The position numbers and the translations under genes were made by a program. From positions 1 through 22,558 of the forward strand of contig JAZGDW010000038.1 of NCBI GenBank assembly GCA_036478295.1: a stretch of 22,558 bases of DNA, given 5' to 3'. This stretch comes from Candidatus Krumholzibacteriia bacterium. GTDB lineage: Bacteria; Krumholzibacteriota; Krumholzibacteriia; WVZY01. The notes beneath the pieces were generated by a model. The model had not been told where the DNA came from. It searched no databases and worked only from the letters and a program-made list of their open reading frames with translations. Below, piece by piece: positions 1 to 8,613 of the stretch (the stretch's first letter is position 1; each line of letters opens with the position of its first letter).

Positions 1-37
1 TGACAAAGAGGATTCTCGGGGCATGGGCTCTGGGCAT
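1..37 (-). CDS. possible N-terminus of a gene running off the window edge (glycosyltransferase-like start)
   Basis: ATG at 37 reads MPRAHAPRILFV to the edge. RILFV resembles the first beta-strand of GT-B glycosyltransferases, and it follows sugar-nucleotide genes. Only 12 codons are visible and there is no clear SD. Confidence 0.3.
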   Translation of the reverse strand, partial: MPRAHAPRILFV

Positions 38-79
38 CTTGCGAGCGCGTGCCACGCAACCGGGTGCGCGGCCTGCCGG

Positions 80-685
80 TCACTTCGTGCGGGAACTCTC
101 GGAGCAAAAAATGGCTGCCTCCACCGCCTGGCAGATCAGGTGGATCAACACGAGGTGCACCTCCTGGATGCGTGCCGTTTGCGAGTCGGGGACCCGGATA
201 GCCACGTGGCTCTCGGCGGCTACCGCGCCTCCACTCTCACCGGTAAGCGCAAACACCTGCAAGCCCCTGCTCCTCGCTTCACGGCACGCGTGCACGATGT
301 TCTCCGAACTGCCACTGGTGGACAGCGCCAGCAGGCAATCGCCGCTCTTCGCCATCCCCGCGATCTGGCGCGAGAACACCTCTTCGAACCGGTAGTCGTT
401 GGCGATCGAGGTCAGGGTGGCGCTGTTATCGGTCAAACAGAATACGGGCAACGCGGAACGATCGATTTTGAAGCGTCCCACGAGTTCAGCCGCGAAGTGC
501 TGCGCCTGTGTTGCGCTCCCCCCATTACCACAGGCAAACACGCTGCCTCCGGTGCGCAGGCAATCCACGATCGATCCGGCTACAGTCGCGAGTTTTTCCT
601 GTATCTCCCCGTGCACCCTCGAGAGCAGTTCCGTCCTCTTTCGAATCTCGTCGCCGAGGTTGTTTTCGAAATCTTTCATGGTCAT
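80..685 (-). CDS. gmhA: D-sedoheptulose-7-phosphate (phosphoheptose) isomerase, SIS domain
   Basis: Motifs CGNGGS..QHFAAELVGRF, TSIANDY.FEEVFSRQ, LSTSG.S and TARIQEVH. SD AAGGGAG upstream. Polysaccharide gene context. Confidence 0.92.
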   Translation of the reverse strand: MTMKDFENNLGDEIRKRTELLSRVHGEIQEKLATVAGSIVDCLRTGGSVFACGNGGSATQAQHFAAELVGRFKIDRSALPVFCLTDNSATLTSIANDYRFEEVFSRQIAGMAKSGDCLLALSTSGSSENIVHACREARSRGLQVFALTGESGGAVAAESHVAIRVPDSQTARIQEVHLVLIHLICQAVEAAIFCSESSRTK

Positions 686-696
686 GCAGGGCTCCC

Positions 697-1770
697 TTAC
701 AGGACAATGATGCGACTGTTGTCTCCAACCATGAGCTTGTACGATTCGGGAGGCCGGTCGTTCTTGGCCACCGTGACATTCCTCCCGATCAGGCTGTTAC
801 CAATTCGGCTCCCGATATTCCGGATCTTGCAATCCTCGAGGATGATGCTGTTCTCCACCTCGCTGGCAACCACCTCTGAGTTGGGACCGATACTCGTGAA
901 CGGACCGATATAGGAATCGATAATGCGGCTTCCCTTGCCGACGACGCACGGGCCCCGCAGGACGCTGCGCTCGACGACGACTTTCTCGGCCAGGTGCACC
1001 GCCCCGTGGATCTCGGAGGCCGCGTCCGGCTCGCTTTCCAACAGCAGCGCCAGATCTGTCAGTATCATGCGGTTAGCGTCGAGCATGTCTTCGAGTTTAC
1101 CGGTGTCTTTCCACCAGCCCTCGACGATATGCGAGTTTACCACGTAACCCTTGTCGATCAGATACTGGATGGCATCCGTAATCTCGAGTTCGTTGCGGAA
1201 ACTCGGCTTTATGGAATTAACCGCCTCGAAAATACTGTTCCTGAAAAGGTACACGCCGACAAGTGCGTAGTCGCTCTTGGGCTTCTTGGGCTTCTCTTCC
1301 AGGCCCACCACACGACCCTCGTGAATCTCCGCCACGCCGAAGTCGCTCGGATTATCGACCTGTGCCAGCAGGATCTGTGCATCCGCTCCACTCGCTTCGA
1401 ACTCAGATACGAATTTATCGATTCCGTTTTTCAACAGGTTGTCACCGAGATACATGACAAAGGAGTCGTCCCCAAGGAAATCCCTGGAGACCTTGACCGC
1501 ATGAGCCAGCCCGAGCGGTTTGTCCTGCTGGATGTAGCCGATGCGAAGTCCGAACTGGTCGCCGTTTCCGACAGCGTTCTTTACCTCTTGTGCCGTGTCC
1601 CCGACGACGATACCGACATCGGTGATGCCGGCTTCTTTCACCGCTTCGAGACCGTAGTAGAGTATCGGTTTGTTAGCCACGGGTACCAGTTGCTTGGCGC
1701 TCGTGTAGGTAATCGGGCGGAGCCGTGTCCCTTTGCCCCCGCTGAGTATCAACGCTTTGATCGGTACCAC
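697..1770 (-). CDS. rmlA: glucose-1-phosphate thymidylyltransferase, long form with C-terminal left-handed beta-helix
   Basis: ALILSGGKGTRLRPITYTSAKQLVPVANKP, QDKPLGLAHA, MYLGDN, EEKP, ELEITDA, WWKDTG, followed by hexapeptide repeats. GTG start. Confidence 0.9.
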   Translation of the reverse strand: MVPIKALILSGGKGTRLRPITYTSAKQLVPVANKPILYYGLEAVKEAGITDVGIVVGDTAQEVKNAVGNGDQFGLRIGYIQQDKPLGLAHAVKVSRDFLGDDSFVMYLGDNLLKNGIDKFVSEFEASGADAQILLAQVDNPSDFGVAEIHEGRVVGLEEKPKKPKSDYALVGVYLFRNSIFEAVNSIKPSFRNELEITDAIQYLIDKGYVVNSHIVEGWWKDTGKLEDMLDANRMILTDLALLLESEPDAASEIHGAVHLAEKVVVERSVLRGPCVVGKGSRIIDSYIGPFTSIGPNSEVVASEVENSIILEDCKIRNIGSRIGNSLIGRNVTVAKNDRPPESYKLMVGDNSRIIVL

Positions 1771-1834
1771 GCCCTTTCTATCGATTTCGTCACGCCACGG
1801 TCCTTGCGGGCGCGGTTGTTTCTTGCCGCGTGAA

Positions 1835-3319
1835 TCACCTGGTCGAAACGGCGATGATACCCAGGGTCAATCCGGCCAGGCTCGTCAATCCAACGAAGAT
1901 CGATCCGAACACTTTGGACTTCGATCGATTGACCACGATGGTCTCGCCGCGGTAGATCAGACTCTTGCGGTTTCCCTTTCTCTTCACGCCGTCGGAAGAA
2001 TAGATCGAAAGCCTGTCGAAGGAACCGGCGGCAGAGGGCCCCCCGGCGCGGGCGATATAGCGCTCGGCAGTGAAACCGGGCAAGAACCTGACACCTCCCG
2101 GTTCTCGAACCTCTCCCGTAACAAATACCTCGTCTTCCTCGTGAGGAAAACTAATGACATCGCCGGGTCCCACGGGAGTCTCGCCCACCGGAGCACCCGT
2201 CAACACCTCGCGGACGTTGAACGGGACATAGACGGTGCGCTCCGGGTCGGCGTTGCTCTCGAGGACCGCGGTCTCTATCTCGAACTCCGGTGAGAAACGC
2301 CACAATCTCCCGAGAAAAGCGCGTAGCGGCTCCGCCTGCCGGATGTTGATCCTGCCGGAACGCCCACCTCCACCCAGTACCAGCACGGGACTGCTCGAGC
2401 CGAAACTCATGAGATCGCGCACCACCACGACGTCCATATCCTCGAGACCGACCGTCGAGGCTGCCTCTGCGGAAAACACCCGCGGCGCCAGGACCTCACC
2501 GCCGACCATTCGCTCGAGCAAGATCTGCCCGCGGTCGCCGCGCGAGGTAAAACCGCCGCAGTAGGCGAGCAGGTCGGCGACGCTCTCCCCTTCCACGACT
2601 TCATATATCCCCGGTAGCCGGATTTCTCCTATGACGTTGACCTGGCGCTCTTTTGGGGGCACGAAGACACTCTGTCCCTCTTTGAGCATCGGATTGTGAC
2701 TGAGATCACCGAGTTGCCTGAAGAGGAAAAGGTCCACCGTGCGTACCGTACGCCCGTCCTCGCGGATGTGGATTTGTCGGCTTGTGCCGGTCCGCTTTAT
2801 ACCGCCTGCCCCGGCCAGCGCATGGCTTACCCTGAACGGCGCGGCCAACTCCACCGCGCGCGGTGATTCCACTTCACCGAGGACGAAGACGACGAACCTT
2901 CTTGGTCTCGACAGCTGGCAGTCGATCTCGACGTTGCGGTAGTAGCGGCCCAACGATCGCTTCACCTCTTCTCTAAACTCGCTCAGGGTTCTCCCGCTCG
3001 CGCGCATCGAGCCCACGTTAGGAAGAATCACGTTTCCCTCGGGCAAAACCAGAAGGTAGTGCACCTTGGTCTCCGGCCCCCGGAGCACGAGTAGCAGTTC
3101 GTCGGATGGGCCGAGGACGTACGTGGCGGGATCAATCGCCCCCTCCAGCGAGCGCGGCACTACGATCTTTTCAAAATCCGACTCCACCGGGGGTGAGGAG
3201 TCCTCGCCCGACTTGCCCCGGACATCGACACGCCTCTCGGACCGAGTCTGCGCGTCTGCCGCCATGGCGAACACCGCAATTACTACCCATAACACAACAA
3301 ATACGATTACGCGTTTCAT
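1835..3319 (-). CDS. polysaccharide export protein with repeated SLBB domains (Wza/KpsD-like OPX family)
   Basis: Signal peptide (MKR..AADA), YVLGPSDEL export domain, repeated VxVxGEVxxPG / AGG SLBB units, hydrophobic C-terminal helix. Confidence 0.85.
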   Translation of the reverse strand: MKRVIVFVVLWVVIAVFAMAADAQTRSERRVDVRGKSGEDSSPPVESDFEKIVVPRSLEGAIDPATYVLGPSDELLLVLRGPETKVHYLLVLPEGNVILPNVGSMRASGRTLSEFREEVKRSLGRYYRNVEIDCQLSRPRRFVVFVLGEVESPRAVELAAPFRVSHALAGAGGIKRTGTSRQIHIREDGRTVRTVDLFLFRQLGDLSHNPMLKEGQSVFVPPKERQVNVIGEIRLPGIYEVVEGESVADLLAYCGGFTSRGDRGQILLERMVGGEVLAPRVFSAEAASTVGLEDMDVVVVRDLMSFGSSSPVLVLGGGGRSGRINIRQAEPLRAFLGRLWRFSPEFEIETAVLESNADPERTVYVPFNVREVLTGAPVGETPVGPGDVISFPHEEDEVFVTGEVREPGGVRFLPGFTAERYIARAGGPSAAGSFDRLSIYSSDGVKRKGNRKSLIYRGETIVVNRSKSKVFGSIFVGLTSLAGLTLGIIAVSTR

Positions 3320-3347
3320 GTCATTCCTTTGCGACGATCCAGAGCAA

Positions 3348-6089
3348 TTACCGTTCTCTCAGCCATGACTGCACGAACGAAACGATAGGGTCGAACTCAT
3401 CCGGTCCGCGGACACCCAACTGCGCCATGTGGTCCTTGCCGCCGCCACGCAGCGAGAACTCTGCACCGATGAGCCTCGCGAGCCGGTTCGCGGTGATTTC
3501 CTTTTCCTTAACGAGTCGATCGGACGCGACGATCAGAACGATCGGCTTCTTGGCCTCTCCCGCACAAAGCAACGCAACGCCCCTGTCCATCCTGTCGCGC
3601 AGGTGGTCTCCACTGCGGCGAAGCGCGGCGAGGTCCGCCGTTCCGCTCCGAAAGGTTACCAGGGCAATACCGCCGATGTCTTGCGCCTTTTCCAGCGCAT
3701 CGTCCAGCTCTCCGGCCGCCTGTTCGCTGTGCCGCTCCTCGAGCTTCTTCTTCAAAGCCTCATTTTCGTCCTGAAGCGCCCTGATACGGCGTTCAAGATC
3801 GCCCGGCGAGACCTTGAGCGCGAGTGCGAGTTTGGCCTGCTCGTCCAACACCTTTCTGAAATATCCCAGGGCCGCTCTGCCGGTCAACGCCTCGATCCTG
3901 CGCACTCCAGCAGCCACAGCGGTCTCATGCGTGATCACGAACGCGCCGATCTCGCCTGTGTGCTTGAGGTGGGTACCGCCACACAGTTCCCTGGAGAAAT
4001 CCTCGATGCTGACCACGCGCACGATGTCGCCGTACTTCTCGCCAAAAAGCGCCATAGCCCCGTCGGCGATTGCCTGCCGGTAGGGTACGTCCTCGTAGGT
4101 GACCGCCAAATCATCGAGCACGGCGCCGTTCACCATCTGCTCCACCCGCGAAAGATCGTCCGCTCCGATCGCCCGAAAATGCTTGAAGTCAAACCGCAGC
4201 CGTCCCGGGGCAACGAGCGAACCCGCCTGGGCGACGTGGTCGCCGAGTACCTCGCGCAGCGCCTTGTGCAGCAGGTGTGTCCCGGTATGGTTGCGCGCGG
4301 TGGCGAACCGCACCTCCCGATCCACCTGGAGACGCACCGCCGCGTTCGCGCCCAGAAACTTTCCGGGATCATCGTCCCGCCGGTTCTGCCAATGCAGCAC
4401 GTGAACGATGCCCCCACCCTCGCGGAACGCGTCCACGACATCTATTCTCTCGTCGTCGATGATCACCGAGCCGCTGTCACCAACCTGCCCACCCCCGACG
4501 GGGTAGAACACAGTTCGATCCGTCGTAATCTCGACCACGTCCTCGCCCGGCACCCGGTAACGCCCCAGCGTCGCTTCGCAGGCGAGTTCTTCATAGCCGA
4601 TAAACTCCGTATCCTCCGCTGTCGTCGCTACGCCGGGAACATCCACGAACGGCTTTTCCGCGCCCCGCCCCGGTCCGGCGCGCTTGCCTCCAGTGCGCGT
4701 CGCGTAGTAATGCTTGCGCGAACGTTCACGTTGTTCTTCCATCGCCACCCGGTAGCCCTTCTCGTCGACCGTCAACCCGGCGTCCACGGCAAGTTCGGCG
4801 GTCAGCTCGAGTGGAAAGCCGTACGTATCGTACAGGACGAAGGCATCCTTTCCAGCGATCGACCTAGATTCCCTCTTGCGGCTGCTTTCGATAACCTCCT
4901 GCAGTTTATTCCATCCCTGCTCGATCGTGGAGAGGAAGTGCTCCTCTTCCGCCGTGATGATCTGTTTCGCGCCTGCGCGATGCTGGTGCAGCTCAGGGTA
5001 ACGCCCGCCCATTACGTCCACCACCGCGTCTACGGCTCCGGACAGGAACGGCTTCTTGACACCGAAGGGGTGCATCTTGGTCACGGCCCGCCGCAGCAAA
5101 CGGCGCAGAACGTAACCCCGGCCGTCGTTCGACGGATAAATGCCTTCCGACAACGCGAACACCAACGCGCGCACGTGATCTGCAGCCGCATTGACCGCGA
5201 GCTCGAAGTGCTCGCTGCTCTTGATCCCCGGCAGCGCGTTTTTGACCGCCGTCCGCAACGGCAGGAACAGATCGGTATGAAAATTGTCCTCCACGCGCTG
5301 GAGAATGAACGCGACGCGCTCTAGTCCCATACCGGTATCGATGCCTGGCTTGGGCAGGGGATCGTAATCACCGCCCTCGCTGAGGAAAAACTGCGGAAAT
5401 ACGAGGTTCCAATACTCGATGAAGCGCTCGCAGTCGCAGCCCGGCCGGCACGAGTCACGCGCGCAGCCTCTCTTCGCACCCGTGTCGAAATAAAGTTCGG
5501 ACGAGGGCCCGCACACACCGGTATCCCCGACCGGCCCCCAGAAATTGTCCGATTTGCCCAAGCGAACGATACGCTTCGTGGGCAGGCCGATACGCTTCGC
5601 CCACAGCTCGTGCGCCTCGTCGTCGTCTTCGTAGACCGATACCCAAATCCGTTTCTTGTCTATCTTCCAGACATTGACGGACAGGTCCCAGGCCGTATCG
5701 ATGGCTTCCTTTTTGAAGTAATCGCCGAAACTGAAGTTGCCCAGCATTTCGAAAAACGTGTGATGGCGAAGCGTACGCCCCACGTTTTCGAGATCGCTTT
5801 GCTTGCCGCCGGCACGCAGGCACTTCTGCACAGAGGCGGCCCTGGCATACGGCGCGGACGTGGGGTCGCTGTAATAACTCTTGAAGGGCACCATGCCCGC
5901 GGCGGTGAACAACAGCGTCGGATCCTCCGGCACCAGCGGCGCGGAGGCGACAACCGTGTGCCCCAACTGGCGGTAGTATTCGAGAAAGCTCTCAGCGAGA
6001 TACTCAGCCGAATACTGTTTCATACGGTCCGTCGTCCCCCTGGTAGGAGGCTTGTCCACTTTGGTCTTCTTCTTCGGTCTGCCGATCAT
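3348..6089 (-). CDS. alaS: alanine--tRNA ligase (true start may be the ATG at 6023)
   Basis: DPTLLFTAAGM, HHTFFEMLGNFSFGDYFK, IDTGMGLER, editing motifs HTGTH and ELCGGTH, C-Ala GGG motif. Confidence 0.98.
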   Translation of the reverse strand: MIGRPKKKTKVDKPPTRGTTDRMKQYSAEYLAESFLEYYRQLGHTVVASAPLVPEDPTLLFTAAGMVPFKSYYSDPTSAPYARAASVQKCLRAGGKQSDLENVGRTLRHHTFFEMLGNFSFGDYFKKEAIDTAWDLSVNVWKIDKKRIWVSVYEDDDEAHELWAKRIGLPTKRIVRLGKSDNFWGPVGDTGVCGPSSELYFDTGAKRGCARDSCRPGCDCERFIEYWNLVFPQFFLSEGGDYDPLPKPGIDTGMGLERVAFILQRVEDNFHTDLFLPLRTAVKNALPGIKSSEHFELAVNAAADHVRALVFALSEGIYPSNDGRGYVLRRLLRRAVTKMHPFGVKKPFLSGAVDAVVDVMGGRYPELHQHRAGAKQIITAEEEHFLSTIEQGWNKLQEVIESSRKRESRSIAGKDAFVLYDTYGFPLELTAELAVDAGLTVDEKGYRVAMEEQRERSRKHYYATRTGGKRAGPGRGAEKPFVDVPGVATTAEDTEFIGYEELACEATLGRYRVPGEDVVEITTDRTVFYPVGGGQVGDSGSVIIDDERIDVVDAFREGGGIVHVLHWQNRRDDDPGKFLGANAAVRLQVDREVRFATARNHTGTHLLHKALREVLGDHVAQAGSLVAPGRLRFDFKHFRAIGADDLSRVEQMVNGAVLDDLAVTYEDVPYRQAIADGAMALFGEKYGDIVRVVSIEDFSRELCGGTHLKHTGEIGAFVITHETAVAAGVRRIEALTGRAALGYFRKVLDEQAKLALALKVSPGDLERRIRALQDENEALKKKLEERHSEQAAGELDDALEKAQDIGGIALVTFRSGTADLAALRRSGDHLRDRMDRGVALLCAGEAKKPIVLIVASDRLVKEKEITANRLARLIGAEFSLRGGGKDHMAQLGVRGPDEFDPIVSFVQSWLRER

Positions 6090-6092
6090 CGC

Positions 6093-6731
6093 TCAGTCAA
6101 TTGTGTTGCCTTGTCGCGTGCACTCCAGCAGCTCAACGGTCAGCCTGTTGACGATTTCGTAGTCGATTCCCTTGCGCTGTAGCAGGGCCGCGATTCTGCG
6201 CACATCGTTTTCAGTCGGCTTTTGCCCGGCGAGTTTCTTGGCGACAAGCCCGCGCGCGACCTGCTCCTGCTCCTCGCTCGAGATCTCGGACTCCAGCACT
6301 TCACCGACGACGGCCGGATGAACGCCGCGCTTCTCCAGCTCGAACTTGAGCCGGTGGGGTCCGAGTCCGCTCACCTCAATTCGGCTGCGAACGTATTCGT
6401 GGGCGAAACGCCGGTCGTCGATCAGTCCCTTTTCTTTCAACTCGTCGAGTATACCGCTCCGGATCGAGTCCATGATATTGAGACCGCCCAGGGCACTCTT
6501 GATTTCGTAACGGGTTCTGGCCCGGATTGAAAGGAGGCGCAGCGCCTTTTCCCTGCCTCGGAAATACTGGTCAACCCTGCTGAGTTGTTCGATTGCTTCG
6601 TCGGAAAGTACGGCGCCCGATTCCAGCGGCAGCGTGTCGGATAGCGGGACGGTAAAAAACCGCCCCCCGGAAAGTCTGATGAACACCCTGTTCCGGGGGC
6701 GCGGTTTCCACTCAACGATGCTTTCAGACAT
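6093..6731 (-). CDS. recX: regulatory protein RecX
   Basis: ALRLLSIRART..E, GLIDDRRFA, GPHRLKFELEKRG, LQRKG. Its start overlaps the recA stop (TAATG). Confidence 0.9.
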   Translation of the reverse strand: MSESIVEWKPRPRNRVFIRLSGGRFFTVPLSDTLPLESGAVLSDEAIEQLSRVDQYFRGREKALRLLSIRARTRYEIKSALGGLNIMDSIRSGILDELKEKGLIDDRRFAHEYVRSRIEVSGLGPHRLKFELEKRGVHPAVVGEVLESEISSEEQEQVARGLVAKKLAGQKPTENDVRRIAALLQRKGIDYEIVNRLTVELLECTRQGNTID

Positions 6732-7864
6732 TACTTCCTGGCAACTCGCGCGCTGCCTGGACGCCCCTTTGCCGTGGCGCCGGGCGGCGCCGTCACCTTG
6801 TCCGGCGTTTTGGCGAAGCTCTTTTCGGTTTCCGGCGTGGACTTGCGGGGCAGCCCGATGCCGAAATGCGCGCGGACCTTCTTGTCCAGCTCGGCTCGGA
6901 TCTTGAAGTTCTCCTTGAGAAAAGCCCTCGCAGCCTCCTTGCCCTGTCCTAGCCGCTCGTCCCCGTAGGAGTACCAGGTGCCGCTCTTCTTGACAATCTC
7001 CGCGCTGGTACCGAGGTCGATCAAATCTCCCTCGTAGCTGATCCCCTCGCCGTAGATCAGATCGAATTCCGCCACGCGAAACGGTGGTGCAACCTTGTTC
7101 TTGACCACTTTGACCTTGGTGCGGTTGCCCGTAATCTTCTCGCCGTCCTTGAGCGCTCCTATGCGGCGGATGTCCATACGAACCGACGTGTAAAACTTCA
7201 GCGCATTGCCCCCCGAAGTGGTTTCCGGATTACCGAACATCACCCCGATCTTCATGCGGATCTGATTGGTGAAAACCAAACTTGTCTTGCTTTTCGACAC
7301 CACACCGGCCAGCTTGCGCAACGCCTGCGACATGAGCCGCGCCTGCAACCCCACGTGCGTAGCCCCCATGTCCCCCGCGAGTTCGGCCGCCGGCACCAGG
7401 GCCGCCACTGAATCCACCACGACAATATCCAGCGCACCGCTACGAATGAGAACTTCGGTGATCTCGAGGGCCTGTTCTCCGGTATCCGGCTGCGAAATCA
7501 GTAGATTGTCAACGTCGACGCCGATTTGCTTGGCATAGCCCACGTCGAACGCGTGCTCCGCGTCGACGAACGCAGCCAGGCCACCATTCTTCTGGGCGCA
7601 CGCAATGATCGAACTGGTAAGCGTCGTCTTGCCGGACCCTTCCGGGCCGTAGATCTCTATGACTCTTCCGCGGGGCACCCCACCGACACCCAGCGCCACA
7701 TCCAGACTCAGACTGCCGGTCGAGATCACCTCCACCGGAACAATCATCCCCGCCTCACCGAGCCGCATGATCGACCCCTGTCCAAACCGCTTCTCGATCT
7801 GCTCGACGGCGAGATCGAGCGCCTTGTGTTTGTCGTTTGCCCGTGTCGTTTCGCTGTTTTTCAT
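6731..7864 (-). CDS. recA: recombinase RecA
   Basis: [59 protein letters not shown]. Start placed at ATG 7864, after the purine-rich GGAAAGGGGAAAGA. Confidence 0.99.
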   Translation of the reverse strand: MKNSETTRANDKHKALDLAVEQIEKRFGQGSIMRLGEAGMIVPVEVISTGSLSLDVALGVGGVPRGRVIEIYGPEGSGKTTLTSSIIACAQKNGGLAAFVDAEHAFDVGYAKQIGVDVDNLLISQPDTGEQALEITEVLIRSGALDIVVVDSVAALVPAAELAGDMGATHVGLQARLMSQALRKLAGVVSKSKTSLVFTNQIRMKIGVMFGNPETTSGGNALKFYTSVRMDIRRIGALKDGEKITGNRTKVKVVKNKVAPPFRVAEFDLIYGEGISYEGDLIDLGTSAEIVKKSGTWYSYGDERLGQGKEAARAFLKENFKIRAELDKKVRAHFGIGLPRKSTPETEKSFAKTPDKVTAPPGATAKGRPGSARVARK

Positions 7865-8040
7865 TGTCTTTCCCCTTTCCGGAAAATCCCACACCACCCA
7901 ACACAACCACTCGCCGGCATTTTCACTTTTGCACCCACCGTCCCTTCCCTTGCCGACTGCACCCGGGAAAGAGACTTCAACAAGAAGGCTTTCCCCACTG
8001 CGCTTGGGGGAGAAGGCATTTCAACTGGCGCTTCCCCCGA

Positions 8041-8069
8041 ATACTAGCACTTCGATTTTGCCAGTGCAA
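8041..8069 (-). promoter_or_regulatory. sigma70-type promoter for recA inside the 3' end of thpR
   Basis: TTGCAC (8069-8064), 17 nt, TAGTAT (8046-8041), with an extended -10 TG. Confidence 0.65.
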
Positions 8070-8070
8070 A
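8044..8070. promoter_or_regulatory. CIRCE-like inverted repeat (candidate HrcA operator)
   Basis: CTAGCACTT-cgattttgc-CAGTGCAAA versus the consensus TTAGCACTC-N9-GAGTGCTAA: 14 of 18 positions match, with an exact 9-nt spacer. Confidence 0.45.
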
Positions 8071-8613
8071 CCCTTTAAGGCGATGATATAAAGGGCCTTT
8101 CGGGCGTAGTTCGCTCTGAAAAAGGGTGACCGTATCAACCGTCTGCCTGGCGTCTGCCAGCGGCGGCGCGGCCTCGAGGCACGCCACCGTTGCCGGTCGC
8201 AGAGCCCTTTTCACACGGGCGATCGTCGCGTGCGACTGGAACGGCCGCGTCTCAGGGGAAAGTCCGAGGTCTTGGGACAACGCCGCGTCGAGGGACTCGG
8301 CCAAATGCCGCAGCGGCGCGGCGCCTTCTTCGATTTTGAAGAACAAGACGCGCGGGCGCGCCAGGCTGGGAAATGCTCCCAGGCTTCCCAGGCGGATGGC
8401 GAAAGGATCGATCGTGCGGCACGCCGACTCGGCGGACTCACACAGGGGCTCAACCCTGTCCTCCACCGTTTTGCCGAGAAACTTGAGAGTTACGTGCAGG
8501 TTGGAGGTGGCCACCCAGCGCCACGGCGGATTGGGAATCGCCAGAGCGTCGATGGCGCGTTGGATTTCGCTCTTGATCGCGTCGGCGAATTCAACGGCGA
8601 AGAATAATCTCAT
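8044..8613 (-). CDS. thpR: RNA 2',3'-cyclic phosphodiesterase (2H phosphoesterase)
   Basis: MRLFFA start, two HxT motifs (NLHVTLKFLG, HATIARV), SEL..KGP.Y. Overlaps the cinA stop (ATGA). Confidence 0.93.
   Translation of the reverse strand: MRLFFAVEFADAIKSEIQRAIDALAIPNPPWRWVATSNLHVTLKFLGKTVEDRVEPLCESAESACRTIDPFAIRLGSLGAFPSLARPRVLFFKIEEGAAPLRHLAESLDAALSQDLGLSPETRPFQSHATIARVKRALRPATVACLEAAPPLADARQTVDTVTLFQSELRPKGPLYHRLKGFALAKSKC

Noticed and set aside
38..82. gmhA TGA stop followed by an in-frame open reading frame (readthrough or selenocysteine)
   Set aside because: GmhA is already full length, the position is not a conserved Cys and no SECIS-like element is evident. Same frame is a one-in-three chance.
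3429..5324. 631-aa plus-strand ORF antisense to alaS, and similar shadow ORFs at 23-913, 994-1833, 8126-9004, 12009-12767 and 18340-19359
   Set aside because: They lie opposite well-conserved genes and show no recognisable motifs. Long antisense frames are expected from high-GC codon bias.
6024..6089. Lys/Arg-rich N-terminal extension of AlaRS
   Set aside because: A second ATG at 6023 gives a normal-length N-terminus, so the extension may be a start-codon artefact; it cannot be resolved here.
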